Source of the DNA: Desulfuromonadales bacterium
GTDB lineage: Bacteria; Desulfobacterota; Desulfuromonadia; Desulfuromonadales; JAWOCM01
Length of the DNA stretch: 64,000 bases
Reading direction: 5' to 3'
Assembly: GCA_046483795.1 (NCBI GenBank)
Contig: JAWOCM010000053.1
Coordinates: 203-64,202, forward strand
Below the pieces are notes generated by a model. It did not search any database and was not told where the DNA came from. It saw nothing but the letters and a program-made list of their open reading frames with translations. This document shows, one piece after another, positions 18,898-27,191 of this stretch. The first letter of the stretch is position 1. The number at the start of each line of letters is the position of its first letter. Both the position numbers and the translations under genes were made by a program.

Positions 18898-20646
18898 ATG
18901 ATTCGAGATTCGGATATTTCGCGGCGCCGTTTCCTGCAGGGGCTGGGCGCAGGGGTTTTCCTGGCCGGCTTGCGGACCGTCTTTCCACTGCCGCTCTGGG
19001 CGCGCACGGCGCAGTGGGGCCTTCAGGGGCTGCCCGGAGCGCAGTCCCGCTATGACCTGACTATCGGGTATCACCCGATCACAATCGACGGGCGCGAGGG
19101 GATGTCCACCGGCATAAACGGCACCGTACCAGGACCGCTGGTGCGCCTTCGCGAGGGGGATGACGTGGTGCTCAACGTCACAAACGCCCTGATGGACACG
19201 GAGCACTCCTCAATCCACTGGCACGGCATTCTGGTCCCCTTCCCCATGGACGGGGTGCCGGGTGTGAACTTCGCCGGAATCCGGCCCGGCGAGACCTTCG
19301 AATACCGCTACAGGGTGAAGCAGGCCGGAACCTACTGGTACCACAGCCATTCGCGCTTCCAGGAACAGACCGGCACTTACGGCCCTCTGATCATCGACCC
19401 GAAGGATGGCGAGCCGTGGGACTACGACCGGGATTACGCAGTGGTTCTGTCCGACTGGTCCTTCGAGGACCCCGAAGCGATTTTCCGCCATATCAATCTG
19501 CTCGGCCACTACTACAACTACCAGCAGCGCACATTGGGGGACCTGATCGACGACGTCCAGGAGAAGGGCCTTGGAGCGACGATCGCCGAGCGAACCGCCT
19601 GGGGAGGGATGCGCATGAGCCCCGTCGACCTGGCCGACGTGACCGGAGCCACCTACACCTACCTGATGAACGGCAATTCCCCCGACATGAACTGGACCGC
19701 CCTTTTCAATCCGGGGGAGACGGTGCGTCTGCGCATCATCAACGCCGCCACCCAGAGCAATTTCGACGTGCGAATCCCCGGCCTCGACATGGAGGTGGTG
19801 ATGGCTGACGGCAAGGCGGTCAAGCCCGTCCCGGTTCAGGAGTTCCGTATCGGCGTTGCCGAGACTTTCGATGTGCTGGTCCGCCCCCGCCAGGACAGAC
19901 CCTTTACCATTTTCGCCGAATCCCTCGATCGCAGCGGCTATGCACGAGGCACCCTCTCACCCGAGCCAGGCATCGAAGCGCCGGTGCCCGAACTGCGGCC
20001 GAGGCCCGTCAGGAATCTGAAGGATATCGGCATGGGAATGATGCTCGGCGGCATGGAGCACGGGCAAATGGAGATGAACGACGAGCCCGCCCGGCACGAC
20101 CCGCGCATTCCCGGTCCCAACGGTCCGGAGCCGTTCATTCCCGACCGCAAAGATTCTCCGAGCGCGGCGATGATCATTCGCAATCCGCGCTACCGCCTCG
20201 ATGAACCGGGGATCGGCCTGGGCGACGACGGCTGGCGGGTGCTCACCTACGACGACCTCGTGGCCGACGAGCCCCAGGTCTACGCCGGGAAACCCGATCG
20301 GGAGATGACCGTCAACATCACCGCCAACATGGAGCGCTACCAGTTCTCCTTCGACGGCAAGAAATTCACTGAGCACCCGGGCCCCTATCTTTTCCGCCAT
20401 AACGAGCGGCTGCGACTCTTCCTGGTCAACCACTCCATGATGGAGCATCCCATCCACCTGCACGGCATGTGGATGCAGCTTGAGAACGGCACAGGGGATC
20501 TGCCCTACAAGCACACCATTCTGGTCAAGCCCGGGGAGGTCCTCTCGGCGCTGATCACGCCCATCGAAAAGGGGGACTGGGCCTTTCACTGCCATCTGCT
20601 CTATCACATGGAAGCCGGCATGTTCCAGGTGGTGAGAGTCGCATGA
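18898..20646 (+). CDS. copA: Copper-resistance multicopper oxidase, CopA/PcoA type
   Basis: Tat signal (SRRRFLQGLGAG). Copper ligand motifs HWHG, HSH, HPIHLHG and HCHLLYHMEAGM. A Met-rich segment GMGMMLGGMEHGQMEM. Confidence 0.93.
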   Translation: MIRDSDISRRRFLQGLGAGVFLAGLRTVFPLPLWARTAQWGLQGLPGAQSRYDLTIGYHPITIDGREGMSTGINGTVPGPLVRLREGDDVVLNVTNALMDTEHSSIHWHGILVPFPMDGVPGVNFAGIRPGETFEYRYRVKQAGTYWYHSHSRFQEQTGTYGPLIIDPKDGEPWDYDRDYAVVLSDWSFEDPEAIFRHINLLGHYYNYQQRTLGDLIDDVQEKGLGATIAERTAWGGMRMSPVDLADVTGATYTYLMNGNSPDMNWTALFNPGETVRLRIINAATQSNFDVRIPGLDMEVVMADGKAVKPVPVQEFRIGVAETFDVLVRPRQDRPFTIFAESLDRSGYARGTLSPEPGIEAPVPELRPRPVRNLKDIGMGMMLGGMEHGQMEMNDEPARHDPRIPGPNGPEPFIPDRKDSPSAAMIIRNPRYRLDEPGIGLGDDGWRVLTYDDLVADEPQVYAGKPDREMTVNITANMERYQFSFDGKKFTEHPGPYLFRHNERLRLFLVNHSMMEHPIHLHGMWMQLENGTGDLPYKHTILVKPGEVLSALITPIEKGDWAFHCHLLYHMEAGMFQVVRVA

Positions 20647-20657
20647 GGGGGGCTGAT

Positions 20658-21497
20658 ATGAAACCTACAGTGATCGCCATTCTGATACTGCTTCTGACCG
20701 CTCCCGTCTGGGGAGCCGATGCCGACGAGGAGATCTATCCCGCCGACTACCGCGAGGCACCGTCCGGACCGCCGTCGGGGCAGGCTATCCGCAAGTACGC
20801 CGAAGACGGCCGGGAGGGCCCTCAGCGCAATTTCGGAGTGCAGCCGGTTCACGACAACGAGGTCTTCGGGACGTTCAAAGCCGACCGCTTCGAGCACCAG
20901 TGGCGTGAACACGGCCACGAAATCTTTTTATGGGATGTTCAGGGCTGGATCGGAAACGACGACCACAAGCTCTACCTGGAAAGCGAGGGGGAGGTGCGCC
21001 TTGATGAAGGCGACGAGGTCGAGGAGGCAATGGCTGAGCTGCTCTACAGCCGCACCATTGCGCCGTTCTGGGATCTTCAGGCCGGCATCCGTCACGACTT
21101 CGAACCGACCCCGGAACGCACTTTTCTCGCGCTGGGCATGCAGGGTCTCGCTCCCCAGAAGTTCGAGATCGATGCCACCGCCTATCTCAGCGAGGACGGC
21201 GACCTCTCCGCCCTGATCGAGGCGGAATACGAGATCATGCTGACCCAGCGCCTTGTGGCGATTCCGCGACTCGAGGCGGGACTGTCCCTTCAGGACGTGC
21301 CGGAATACGGGCAGTGGCAGGGAATCACCGACGTCACCATCGGCGCCCGCCTGCTCTACCAGATCCGTCGAGAGTTCGCCCCCTACCTCGGCGCCACCTG
21401 GACCCGCAAGGTCGGCGAGACCGCCCACATGGTGGACAAGGCCGGCGGCGACGTCGACTCGGGAGCTGTGGTGGCCGGCGTGCGATTCTGGTTCTAG
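20658..21497 (+). CDS. copB: Copper-resistance outer-membrane protein, CopB/PcoB
   Basis: Signal peptide MKPTVIAILILLLTAPVWG, and a CopB-family core FKADRFEHQW...WDVQGWIGNDDHKLYLESEGE. I prefer ATG 20658 (GAGGGGGG RBS) over ATG 20643. Confidence 0.87.
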   Translation: MKPTVIAILILLLTAPVWGADADEEIYPADYREAPSGPPSGQAIRKYAEDGREGPQRNFGVQPVHDNEVFGTFKADRFEHQWREHGHEIFLWDVQGWIGNDDHKLYLESEGEVRLDEGDEVEEAMAELLYSRTIAPFWDLQAGIRHDFEPTPERTFLALGMQGLAPQKFEIDATAYLSEDGDLSALIEAEYEIMLTQRLVAIPRLEAGLSLQDVPEYGQWQGITDVTIGARLLYQIRREFAPYLGATWTRKVGETAHMVDKAGGDVDSGAVVAGVRFWF

Positions 21498-21678
21498 GTT
21501 TGCGGGGGCTCCTGTCGGATAGTCCACGTCCCGGTGCGGAATAACATACAGAGAAGAGGCCCAATAGCCCAGATCTCAGGACTTAAATAGTGATATTCCC
21601 TGAGAGGACCTTCGTTTTGCCGTAAAACCTCTTTTGCCCCTCCGCCTGGGCACGGTTGATGCTTGACTGAAGGTCATT

Positions 21679-23328
21679 ATGGATCGTCAAGAGGATCGTA
21701 GCGCGAATAGAAACGCCGAGCCGCCGCCCTGGATCAATCCGGCTCTTGCGTTTGCGGCTCTCCTCGCCCTTGCCGCGGTTCTGGCAGCATTGTGGTCGGG
21801 GTGGCACCGCGGTCCGCATCACCACGGTCTTGTCGCCGATATCACCGTCAACCTCAGCGGGCATCCCATCCGGGAGCACTGCACCACCTGCCACACAGAG
21901 GGCGGGCAGCCTCGACAGAGCGAGGATGGATGGAGCAGCGCGCCCCACCCCGACATCGCACCGCATCTTCCTGAGCGACTCGGCTGTACCGGCTGTCATC
22001 TCGGCGAAGGGATGGCCCTCGACCGAACCATCTCCCACGGGCTGCCCGGCCTGGGCGCCAGAAAGGTGCTCTCCGGGCCCGAAGTGCAGGGCCGATGTTA
22101 TGCCTGCCACGAGGTGGAGCCGCTGGAGGGTGCCGAAGCATCATGGGCCGGCTACGAGCTCTATATCCGCAACGCCTGCAACCTCTGCCACCACATCAGA
22201 GGACTGTCCGGCGGCTTCGGCTACGGCCCGGAGTTAAGCGACATCGGATCGCAACTCGGCCTCGAGCACCTGATGGAGGCGGTACGAGACCCCGCCAAAG
22301 AGCCCCCCAATTCGATCATGCCTCGCTTTCCCCTGTCTCACAACCAGGTCCGCAATCTGGCCTTCTTTCTCAAGAGCCGGGTGTCCAAACCGCTGTCCAC
22401 CTCCCCCCTGTGGGCGGCGGCTGGAAAGCCGGCACTTCCGGCGGTGAACATGGTCCCCGAGGGAGAAAAGTTAAAAACGGGGGACAAACTCCTCTGGCAG
22501 GGCGGCTGCCTCGCCTGTCACCGATTCGGAAGCGAAGACGGACGCATCGCACCGGACCTCTCGGAAATCGGCGCCATGCGCAGCCGGGACTACATCAGCA
22601 CGTTTCTAATCCATCCATCCAGACTGATTCCGGGAGCGATCATGCCGTCTTCCACTCTGGATGAGGCGGAACGAATCGACCTGGCGACCTATCTCGCCAA
22701 TACCGGGGGGAAGCCACCAGATCCACTGCAACCCCGTCAGACCTATATGCGCTTCTGCCAGCGGTGTCACGCGGCGAACGGCGACGGCAGGGGTTTGATA
22801 CAACCGAATCTCGCCCGGTTTCCCCGACCCTTCGCCGACAACGCGGGCTTCTTCCGCCGGATCGGGGACGAGCGCCTGAAAAAGAGCATCGCCGAAGGGA
22901 TCCCCGGAACCTCCATGCCGCCCTACAAAAAGATCCTGACCGATCCGGGGCGGGACGACCTGATCGACCTGGTCTTTCAGGCATTCATCGGTACCGACCG
23001 GCATGACAAGACGTCCCCGCCGCCGCTGCCTCAGAAACCGCGGGAGTTGCCTCTGGGACAGGGCGACGCCCTCTTCGACGAATTATGCACCCGGTGCCAT
23101 GGCCGCACCGGTACAGGGACGGGACCGGAAGCGCCGGATCACCTTCCGCAACCGCGCAACCTGACCAATACCCCTTATTTTGCTACCGTGGAGGATGAAA
23201 GGATCCTGCAGTCGATTCTCGACGGGGTGCCGGGCACTGCGATGCCCGCCTGGCGCACTAAAATCCGCACTGTCGATGCCTGGGCTCTGGTCGAAAAAGT
23301 CCGACAGTTATCGGGGACACTGCGATGA
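21679..23328 (+). CDS. Membrane-anchored multihaem c-type cytochrome (7 CxxCH motifs)
   Basis: 549 aa with an N-terminal TM helix. Motifs: CTTCH, CTGCH, CYACH, CNLCH, CLACH, CQRCH, CTRCH. The C-terminal part resembles class I (c4/FixP-like) domains. The stop overlaps the Rieske gene start. Confidence 0.85.
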   Translation: MDRQEDRSANRNAEPPPWINPALAFAALLALAAVLAALWSGWHRGPHHHGLVADITVNLSGHPIREHCTTCHTEGGQPRQSEDGWSSAPHPDIAPHLPERLGCTGCHLGEGMALDRTISHGLPGLGARKVLSGPEVQGRCYACHEVEPLEGAEASWAGYELYIRNACNLCHHIRGLSGGFGYGPELSDIGSQLGLEHLMEAVRDPAKEPPNSIMPRFPLSHNQVRNLAFFLKSRVSKPLSTSPLWAAAGKPALPAVNMVPEGEKLKTGDKLLWQGGCLACHRFGSEDGRIAPDLSEIGAMRSRDYISTFLIHPSRLIPGAIMPSSTLDEAERIDLATYLANTGGKPPDPLQPRQTYMRFCQRCHAANGDGRGLIQPNLARFPRPFADNAGFFRRIGDERLKKSIAEGIPGTSMPPYKKILTDPGRDDLIDLVFQAFIGTDRHDKTSPPPLPQKPRELPLGQGDALFDELCTRCHGRTGTGTGPEAPDHLPQPRNLTNTPYFATVEDERILQSILDGVPGTAMPAWRTKIRTVDAWALVEKVRQLSGTLR

Positions 23329-23771
23329 ATCGGCGTCAGTGGCTCAAAAAAGCGGTCGTCACCCCGGCCCTCGCTGTAACGGGAGCGGTGCTGGGAGGCA
23401 TTTTTTTCGACGCCTGGATGGCCGCCGGCCGATTTTCTTCCCGACACTGGGCGGCGGTGAACGACCTGGAGGGTCTTCCTTCCGAAGGGACCGTCCCCCT
23501 GCCCCGGCAACGTGTCGCACTGCTGTGCCGACCGGAACAGATCAGTGCTCTGAGCCTGGAATGCACCCATCTGGGTTGCCTGGTCAATACGGTGGACCAG
23601 GGGTTTTACTGCCCCTGCCACGGCAGCCAGTTCGGTCCGAAAGGAGAGGTTTGGTCAGGACCAGCACCGCGCAACCTGGACTGGCTTCCGGTCCGTATCC
23701 GCGGCGACAAGGTCTGGGTCCGGAACGGAAGCCGGTTGGAAAAACCCTTGTGGGCCCGACGGAGGATTTAA
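23325..23771 (+). CDS. Rieske [2Fe-2S] protein
   Basis: 148 aa with a Tat-like N-terminus (MNRRQWLKKAVV). The Rieske boxes CTHLGC and CPCHGS are 17 residues apart. Confidence 0.92.
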   Translation: MNRRQWLKKAVVTPALAVTGAVLGGIFFDAWMAAGRFSSRHWAAVNDLEGLPSEGTVPLPRQRVALLCRPEQISALSLECTHLGCLVNTVDQGFYCPCHGSQFGPKGEVWSGPAPRNLDWLPVRIRGDKVWVRNGSRLEKPLWARRRI

Positions 23772-23775
23772 AGGG

Positions 23776-24810
23776 ATGAAGCGCAATTTCTTCCATCACC
23801 TGCATCCGGCACAGATCAACCGCCGGACTCTCGATCCCAGGGCGACCGTGGGGTTGGGTATCGCCTGTCTGACGTGTCTCGGCGTTCTGCTGCTCACCGG
23901 CGCGACCCTGTTCCTCTATTACGTGCCTGAAACGGGTCGAGCCTACGAGCGGATCCTGCATATCACCACCACCCTGCACTACGGAGACCTGATCCGAAAT
24001 CTGCACTACGTCTCAGCCAATGCCCTGCTGGTCCTCGCAGTCCTGCACCTGGTCCGGGTCTTCTGCACAAGCGCTTACAAGGGCAGGGCGCTGAACTGGA
24101 CCTACGGCCTGGTTTTGCTTGCCCTGGTGCTTTTCGCCAACTTCACCGGCTACCTTTTGCCCTGGGACCAGATATCCTACTGGGCCATCAGGGTCGGAAC
24201 CAGCATCGCAGGCTATATTCCGCTTCTGGGCGATGGTCTGCAACGCTTTCTGCTCGGAGGCTCGGACATCGGCCCGGAAACGCTGCTGCGCTCCTTCGCC
24301 TTTCACGCCGGCGTGGTTCCGGCCCTGACAGTGGTCTTCGTCGCACTTCACCTGTGGCGCATCCGCAGGGACGGCGGTCTGGCGGCACCCCCGGAGAAAG
24401 GCCCCAAAATTTCCGCGGTACCATGGCTCTACCGTGTCGAGGGAACCGCGGCTCTGCTGACCCTGGCCGTGCTGATTTTTCTCGCTCTGGGGATCGACGC
24501 CCCGCTTTCCGAGCGGGCTGATCCGTCGCATCCGCCCAATCCCGCCAAAGCGCCCTGGTACTTCGTCGGACTCCAGGAAATGGTCGGCTACTCGGCTCTT
24601 GTCGGAGGGGTGGTTATCCCCCTGCTGCTGGCCCTGCTCCTGCTGCTCGTCCCCTTCCTCGATCACAGTTCCAGCCCGGCCGGGATATGGCTGGCCCGTG
24701 ATCGATGGCGGCACAACCTCATATTTTTGATGCTGCTCGCCAGCCAGATCGCTTTTATCGTCCTCGGCTGGATGCGCGGCCCAAACTGGGAACTGACCTT
24801 CCCTTTCTAA
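23776..24810 (+). CDS. Cytochrome b, b6-plus-subunit-IV-like fused form
   Basis: 344 aa. His pairs in helix B (LHYVSANALLVLAVLH) and helix D (FHAGVVPALTVVFVALH, b6-type spacing), a WDQISYWA motif, and KAPWYF at the position of PEWY. Confidence 0.9.
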   Translation: MKRNFFHHLHPAQINRRTLDPRATVGLGIACLTCLGVLLLTGATLFLYYVPETGRAYERILHITTTLHYGDLIRNLHYVSANALLVLAVLHLVRVFCTSAYKGRALNWTYGLVLLALVLFANFTGYLLPWDQISYWAIRVGTSIAGYIPLLGDGLQRFLLGGSDIGPETLLRSFAFHAGVVPALTVVFVALHLWRIRRDGGLAAPPEKGPKISAVPWLYRVEGTAALLTLAVLIFLALGIDAPLSERADPSHPPNPAKAPWYFVGLQEMVGYSALVGGVVIPLLLALLLLLVPFLDHSSSPAGIWLARDRWRHNLIFLMLLASQIAFIVLGWMRGPNWELTFPF

Positions 24811-24827
24811 AACGAACGGAGGATGAC

Positions 24828-25340
24828 ATGACAAGATTGCCAACCCTCGGCACCGTGATTGCTGTCCTGACCATGTGCCTTCTCGCCCTGGTGCCCCGCG
24901 CTGTTGCCGACGACAAGGACGCCGATTTCAAACGCATTCTCAACATGGGCATGACGGAACTGACCCGCGAGGCGCAGCAGGCCCTCGAAAACAGATACCC
25001 AGACGAGGACTGGAAGGAATACGAATTCCCGTCCTACGTTTATACCAGCGCGTCCGTGGAGACCGGCTACAAGATCGCGGTCAAGGAACCTGAACTGCTC
25101 GAACACTTCAAGTGCTACTGCTTCTGCGATGCGATGGGGCACGCCGACCTGCGCTGGTGCTTCCTGAAGAAGGGGGAACTCGAGAACGGTTTCGATCCTC
25201 ACGGCGCCGACTGCAACGTGTGCTACGGCCAGGCGATGATGGCCCTTCTTTGGCAGGAGAAGGGCATCGCGCCGGAAAAGATGACCGAAGGATATGAAAA
25301 AAAGTTCGAAAAGCTGATCAGGAGATTCGGCGATCAGTAG
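24828..25340 (+). CDS. Secreted Cys-rich protein, PCYCGC-domain-like
   Basis: 170 aa from MTRLPTLGTVIAVLTMCLLALVPRAVA (signal peptide). KCYCFCDAMGHADLRWCF and DCNVCYGQA resemble the PCYCGC family motif pattern, from memory. The RBS is GGAGGA. The upstream 41 aa of the track ORF overlap the cyt b gene. Confidence 0.6.
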   Translation: MTRLPTLGTVIAVLTMCLLALVPRAVADDKDADFKRILNMGMTELTREAQQALENRYPDEDWKEYEFPSYVYTSASVETGYKIAVKEPELLEHFKCYCFCDAMGHADLRWCFLKKGELENGFDPHGADCNVCYGQAMMALLWQEKGIAPEKMTEGYEKKFEKLIRRFGDQ

Positions 25341-25398
25341 CCTTTGATCCGGCACAAGCCCCTTGCATTGCTCCGGTCTTTCATGCTAATTCTATGCA

Positions 25399-25415
25399 TC
25401 CTGTCATGATGACAG
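25399..25415. promoter_or_regulatory. 17-bp perfect palindrome upstream of plsY
   Basis: CCTGTCAT-G-ATGACAGG lies 65 nt upstream of the plsY start. Function unknown. Confidence 0.25.
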
Positions 25416-25479
25416 GAGCCCATTCAATCAGCCCGATTCAGGCCAAACCGGCTCTGACCGCATCGATGGTGAACAACGT

Positions 25480-26067
25480 ATGACAATCCTGCTTTCCGCC
25501 CTGATCGTCGCCTACCTGATCGGATCGATCCCCTGCGGAGTGGTCCTGACCCGACTTACCGGTGCCGGTGACGTGCGCAGTTCGGGCAGCGGGAATATAG
25601 GAGCCACCAACGTCTACCGCACCGCCGGCCGCAAGCTCGGCATTCTCACTCTGGTCGGCGACATACTTAAAGGGCTGCTGCCGATGCTCCTCGCCGTCAA
25701 TCTCGGATTCTCTCCGAACCAGATCGCCCTGATCGCGGCGGCCCTCTTTCTCGGTCACTGCTATCCGATCTACATCGGTTTCAAGGGCGGCAAAGGGGTC
25801 GCCACGGCCCTGGGCATTTTTCTCGTCCTCTCCCCATTGGCCGTTCTGATCACCGTGGTGCTGTTCGCGGCAGTGGTCTGGAAGTGGCGCTACATCTCAC
25901 TCGGCTCGATCGTCGCAGCGGGGATTTTCCCCTTTCTTATCTTCGCCCTGGACCGCTCAGTCCCCCTTTTTTTGGGGACTCTTTTCATCAGCGCCATGGT
26001 CGTGATACGTCACCGGACCAATATCGAACGTCTCAGGGCCGGCGAGGAGAACAAGTTCAGTTTTTGA
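25480..26067 (+). CDS. plsY: Glycerol-3-phosphate acyltransferase PlsY
   Basis: 195 aa. LIGSIPCGVVL...SGSGNIGATNVYR...GFKGGKGVAT. Confidence 0.95.
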   Translation: MTILLSALIVAYLIGSIPCGVVLTRLTGAGDVRSSGSGNIGATNVYRTAGRKLGILTLVGDILKGLLPMLLAVNLGFSPNQIALIAAALFLGHCYPIYIGFKGGKGVATALGIFLVLSPLAVLITVVLFAAVVWKWRYISLGSIVAAGIFPFLIFALDRSVPLFLGTLFISAMVVIRHRTNIERLRAGEENKFSF

Positions 26068-26097
26068 CCCCCCTCAGTGTCAGTTCGATCCGCTTTT

Positions 26098-26126
26098 CTT
26101 GACACTATCCACTCCTCTGCCTTAAA
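26098..26126 (+). promoter_or_regulatory. Candidate sigma70 promoter for mltG
   Basis: TTGACA (26098..26103), a 17-nt spacer, then TTAAAT (26121..26126). It lies about 47 nt upstream of the mltG ATG. Confidence 0.35.
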
Positions 26127-26172
26127 TTAGAATAACATTCAAAACTTTTCACCGAAACGGATTCGACCGAGC

Positions 26173-27174
26173 ATGATACAGCGCATCAAATTCTGGGCCC
26201 TGGCAATGGCTCCTGTGGCGATCGTTCTGGCCGCTGCACTGCATTTCGCCCTTTTCCTGACCACTCCGGTCACTCCGGAAAAAGAGCTGTTTTACACTGT
26301 CGCCCCGGGCAGCAGCCTCTCCAGCATAGCCACTGGACTGGAAGATCGGGGCGTCATTACCAACGACGGATACTTCATCGCCCTGGCCCGCCTCAAGCAA
26401 TCGGCCGCCCGGATACAGGCCGGAGAATACCTCTTCGGAGAACGTCCGGCCACGCCAGCCACCGTCCTGGACCGGCTGGTCACCGGAGACGTGCGCCTTG
26501 AGCGCCTGACTATCCCCGAGGGATTCGCCCTGACGGAGATCGCCGATCTGGTCGAAGCCAGGGGACTCGGCAGCGCCGAACGTCTGCTCCATCTGGCGCA
26601 TGACAGCCAATTTATCGAGTCTCTCGGCCTGGATGTGGATTCTCTGGAAGGCTATCTCTTTCCCGAAACCTACACCTTCGCCCGCGGGACCACGGAGAAA
26701 CAGCTGCTCCAGGCCATGGTCGATCAGATGAACCGCCATACGACATCGGAGCTGCTGAGCAAGGGAGCTGCTCTCGAGCTCAATCGCCACGAGCTGGTTA
26801 CACTGGCGTCAATTATCCAGAAGGAAGCCGGTACGGACGAGGAAATGCCGCGAATTTCTGCGGTCTTTCACAACCGGCTGGAACGGGGCATGCGCCTGCA
26901 GGCGGATCCGACGGTGATCTACGGTGTCGAGGATTTCGATGGCAATCTCACCCGCCGGCATCTGGAAGACGTCACTCCCTACAATACCTACCGACTCGGC
27001 GGTCTGCCACCCGGCCCGATTGCCAGCCCCGGTGCCGAAGCACTTCAGGCTGCAGCGAACCCCGCCGATACCGATGCCCTTTACTTCGTCTCCCGCGGCA
27101 ACGGCTCGCATATTTTTTCCAGGACCCTCGGCGAGCACAACCGGGCGGTTCGACGCTACCAGCTGGGACGCTGA
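26173..27174 (+). CDS. mltG: Endolytic murein transglycosylase MltG (YceG-like)
   Basis: 333 aa with an N-terminal TM helix. YceG motifs AGEY, ASIIQKEA, NTYRLGGLPPGPIASPG. Confidence 0.93.
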   Translation: MIQRIKFWALAMAPVAIVLAAALHFALFLTTPVTPEKELFYTVAPGSSLSSIATGLEDRGVITNDGYFIALARLKQSAARIQAGEYLFGERPATPATVLDRLVTGDVRLERLTIPEGFALTEIADLVEARGLGSAERLLHLAHDSQFIESLGLDVDSLEGYLFPETYTFARGTTEKQLLQAMVDQMNRHTTSELLSKGAALELNRHELVTLASIIQKEAGTDEEMPRISAVFHNRLERGMRLQADPTVIYGVEDFDGNLTRRHLEDVTPYNTYRLGGLPPGPIASPGAEALQAAANPADTDALYFVSRGNGSHIFSRTLGEHNRAVRRYQLGR

Positions 27175-27191
27175 CACCCCACGGAGAACAG

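Noticed and set aside
21648-21663. A sigma54-like -24/-12 element (GGGCACG-N4-ATGCT) upstream of the 7-haem cytochrome gene.
   Set aside because: The GG/GC spacing fits, but two consensus positions differ. The predicted transcription start would fall about 6 nt before the ATG, which would exclude the GAAGG Shine-Dalgarno. No enhancer-binding protein gene is adjacent. The evidence is too weak to call.
21583-22110. A 175-aa minus-strand ORF overlapping the start of the cytochrome c gene, and a 75-aa ORF (18674..18901) upstream of copA.
   Set aside because: Neither has an RBS or family resemblance. The first is antisense to a gene with seven CxxCH motifs. The second lies in a probable promoter region and ends inside the copA start.
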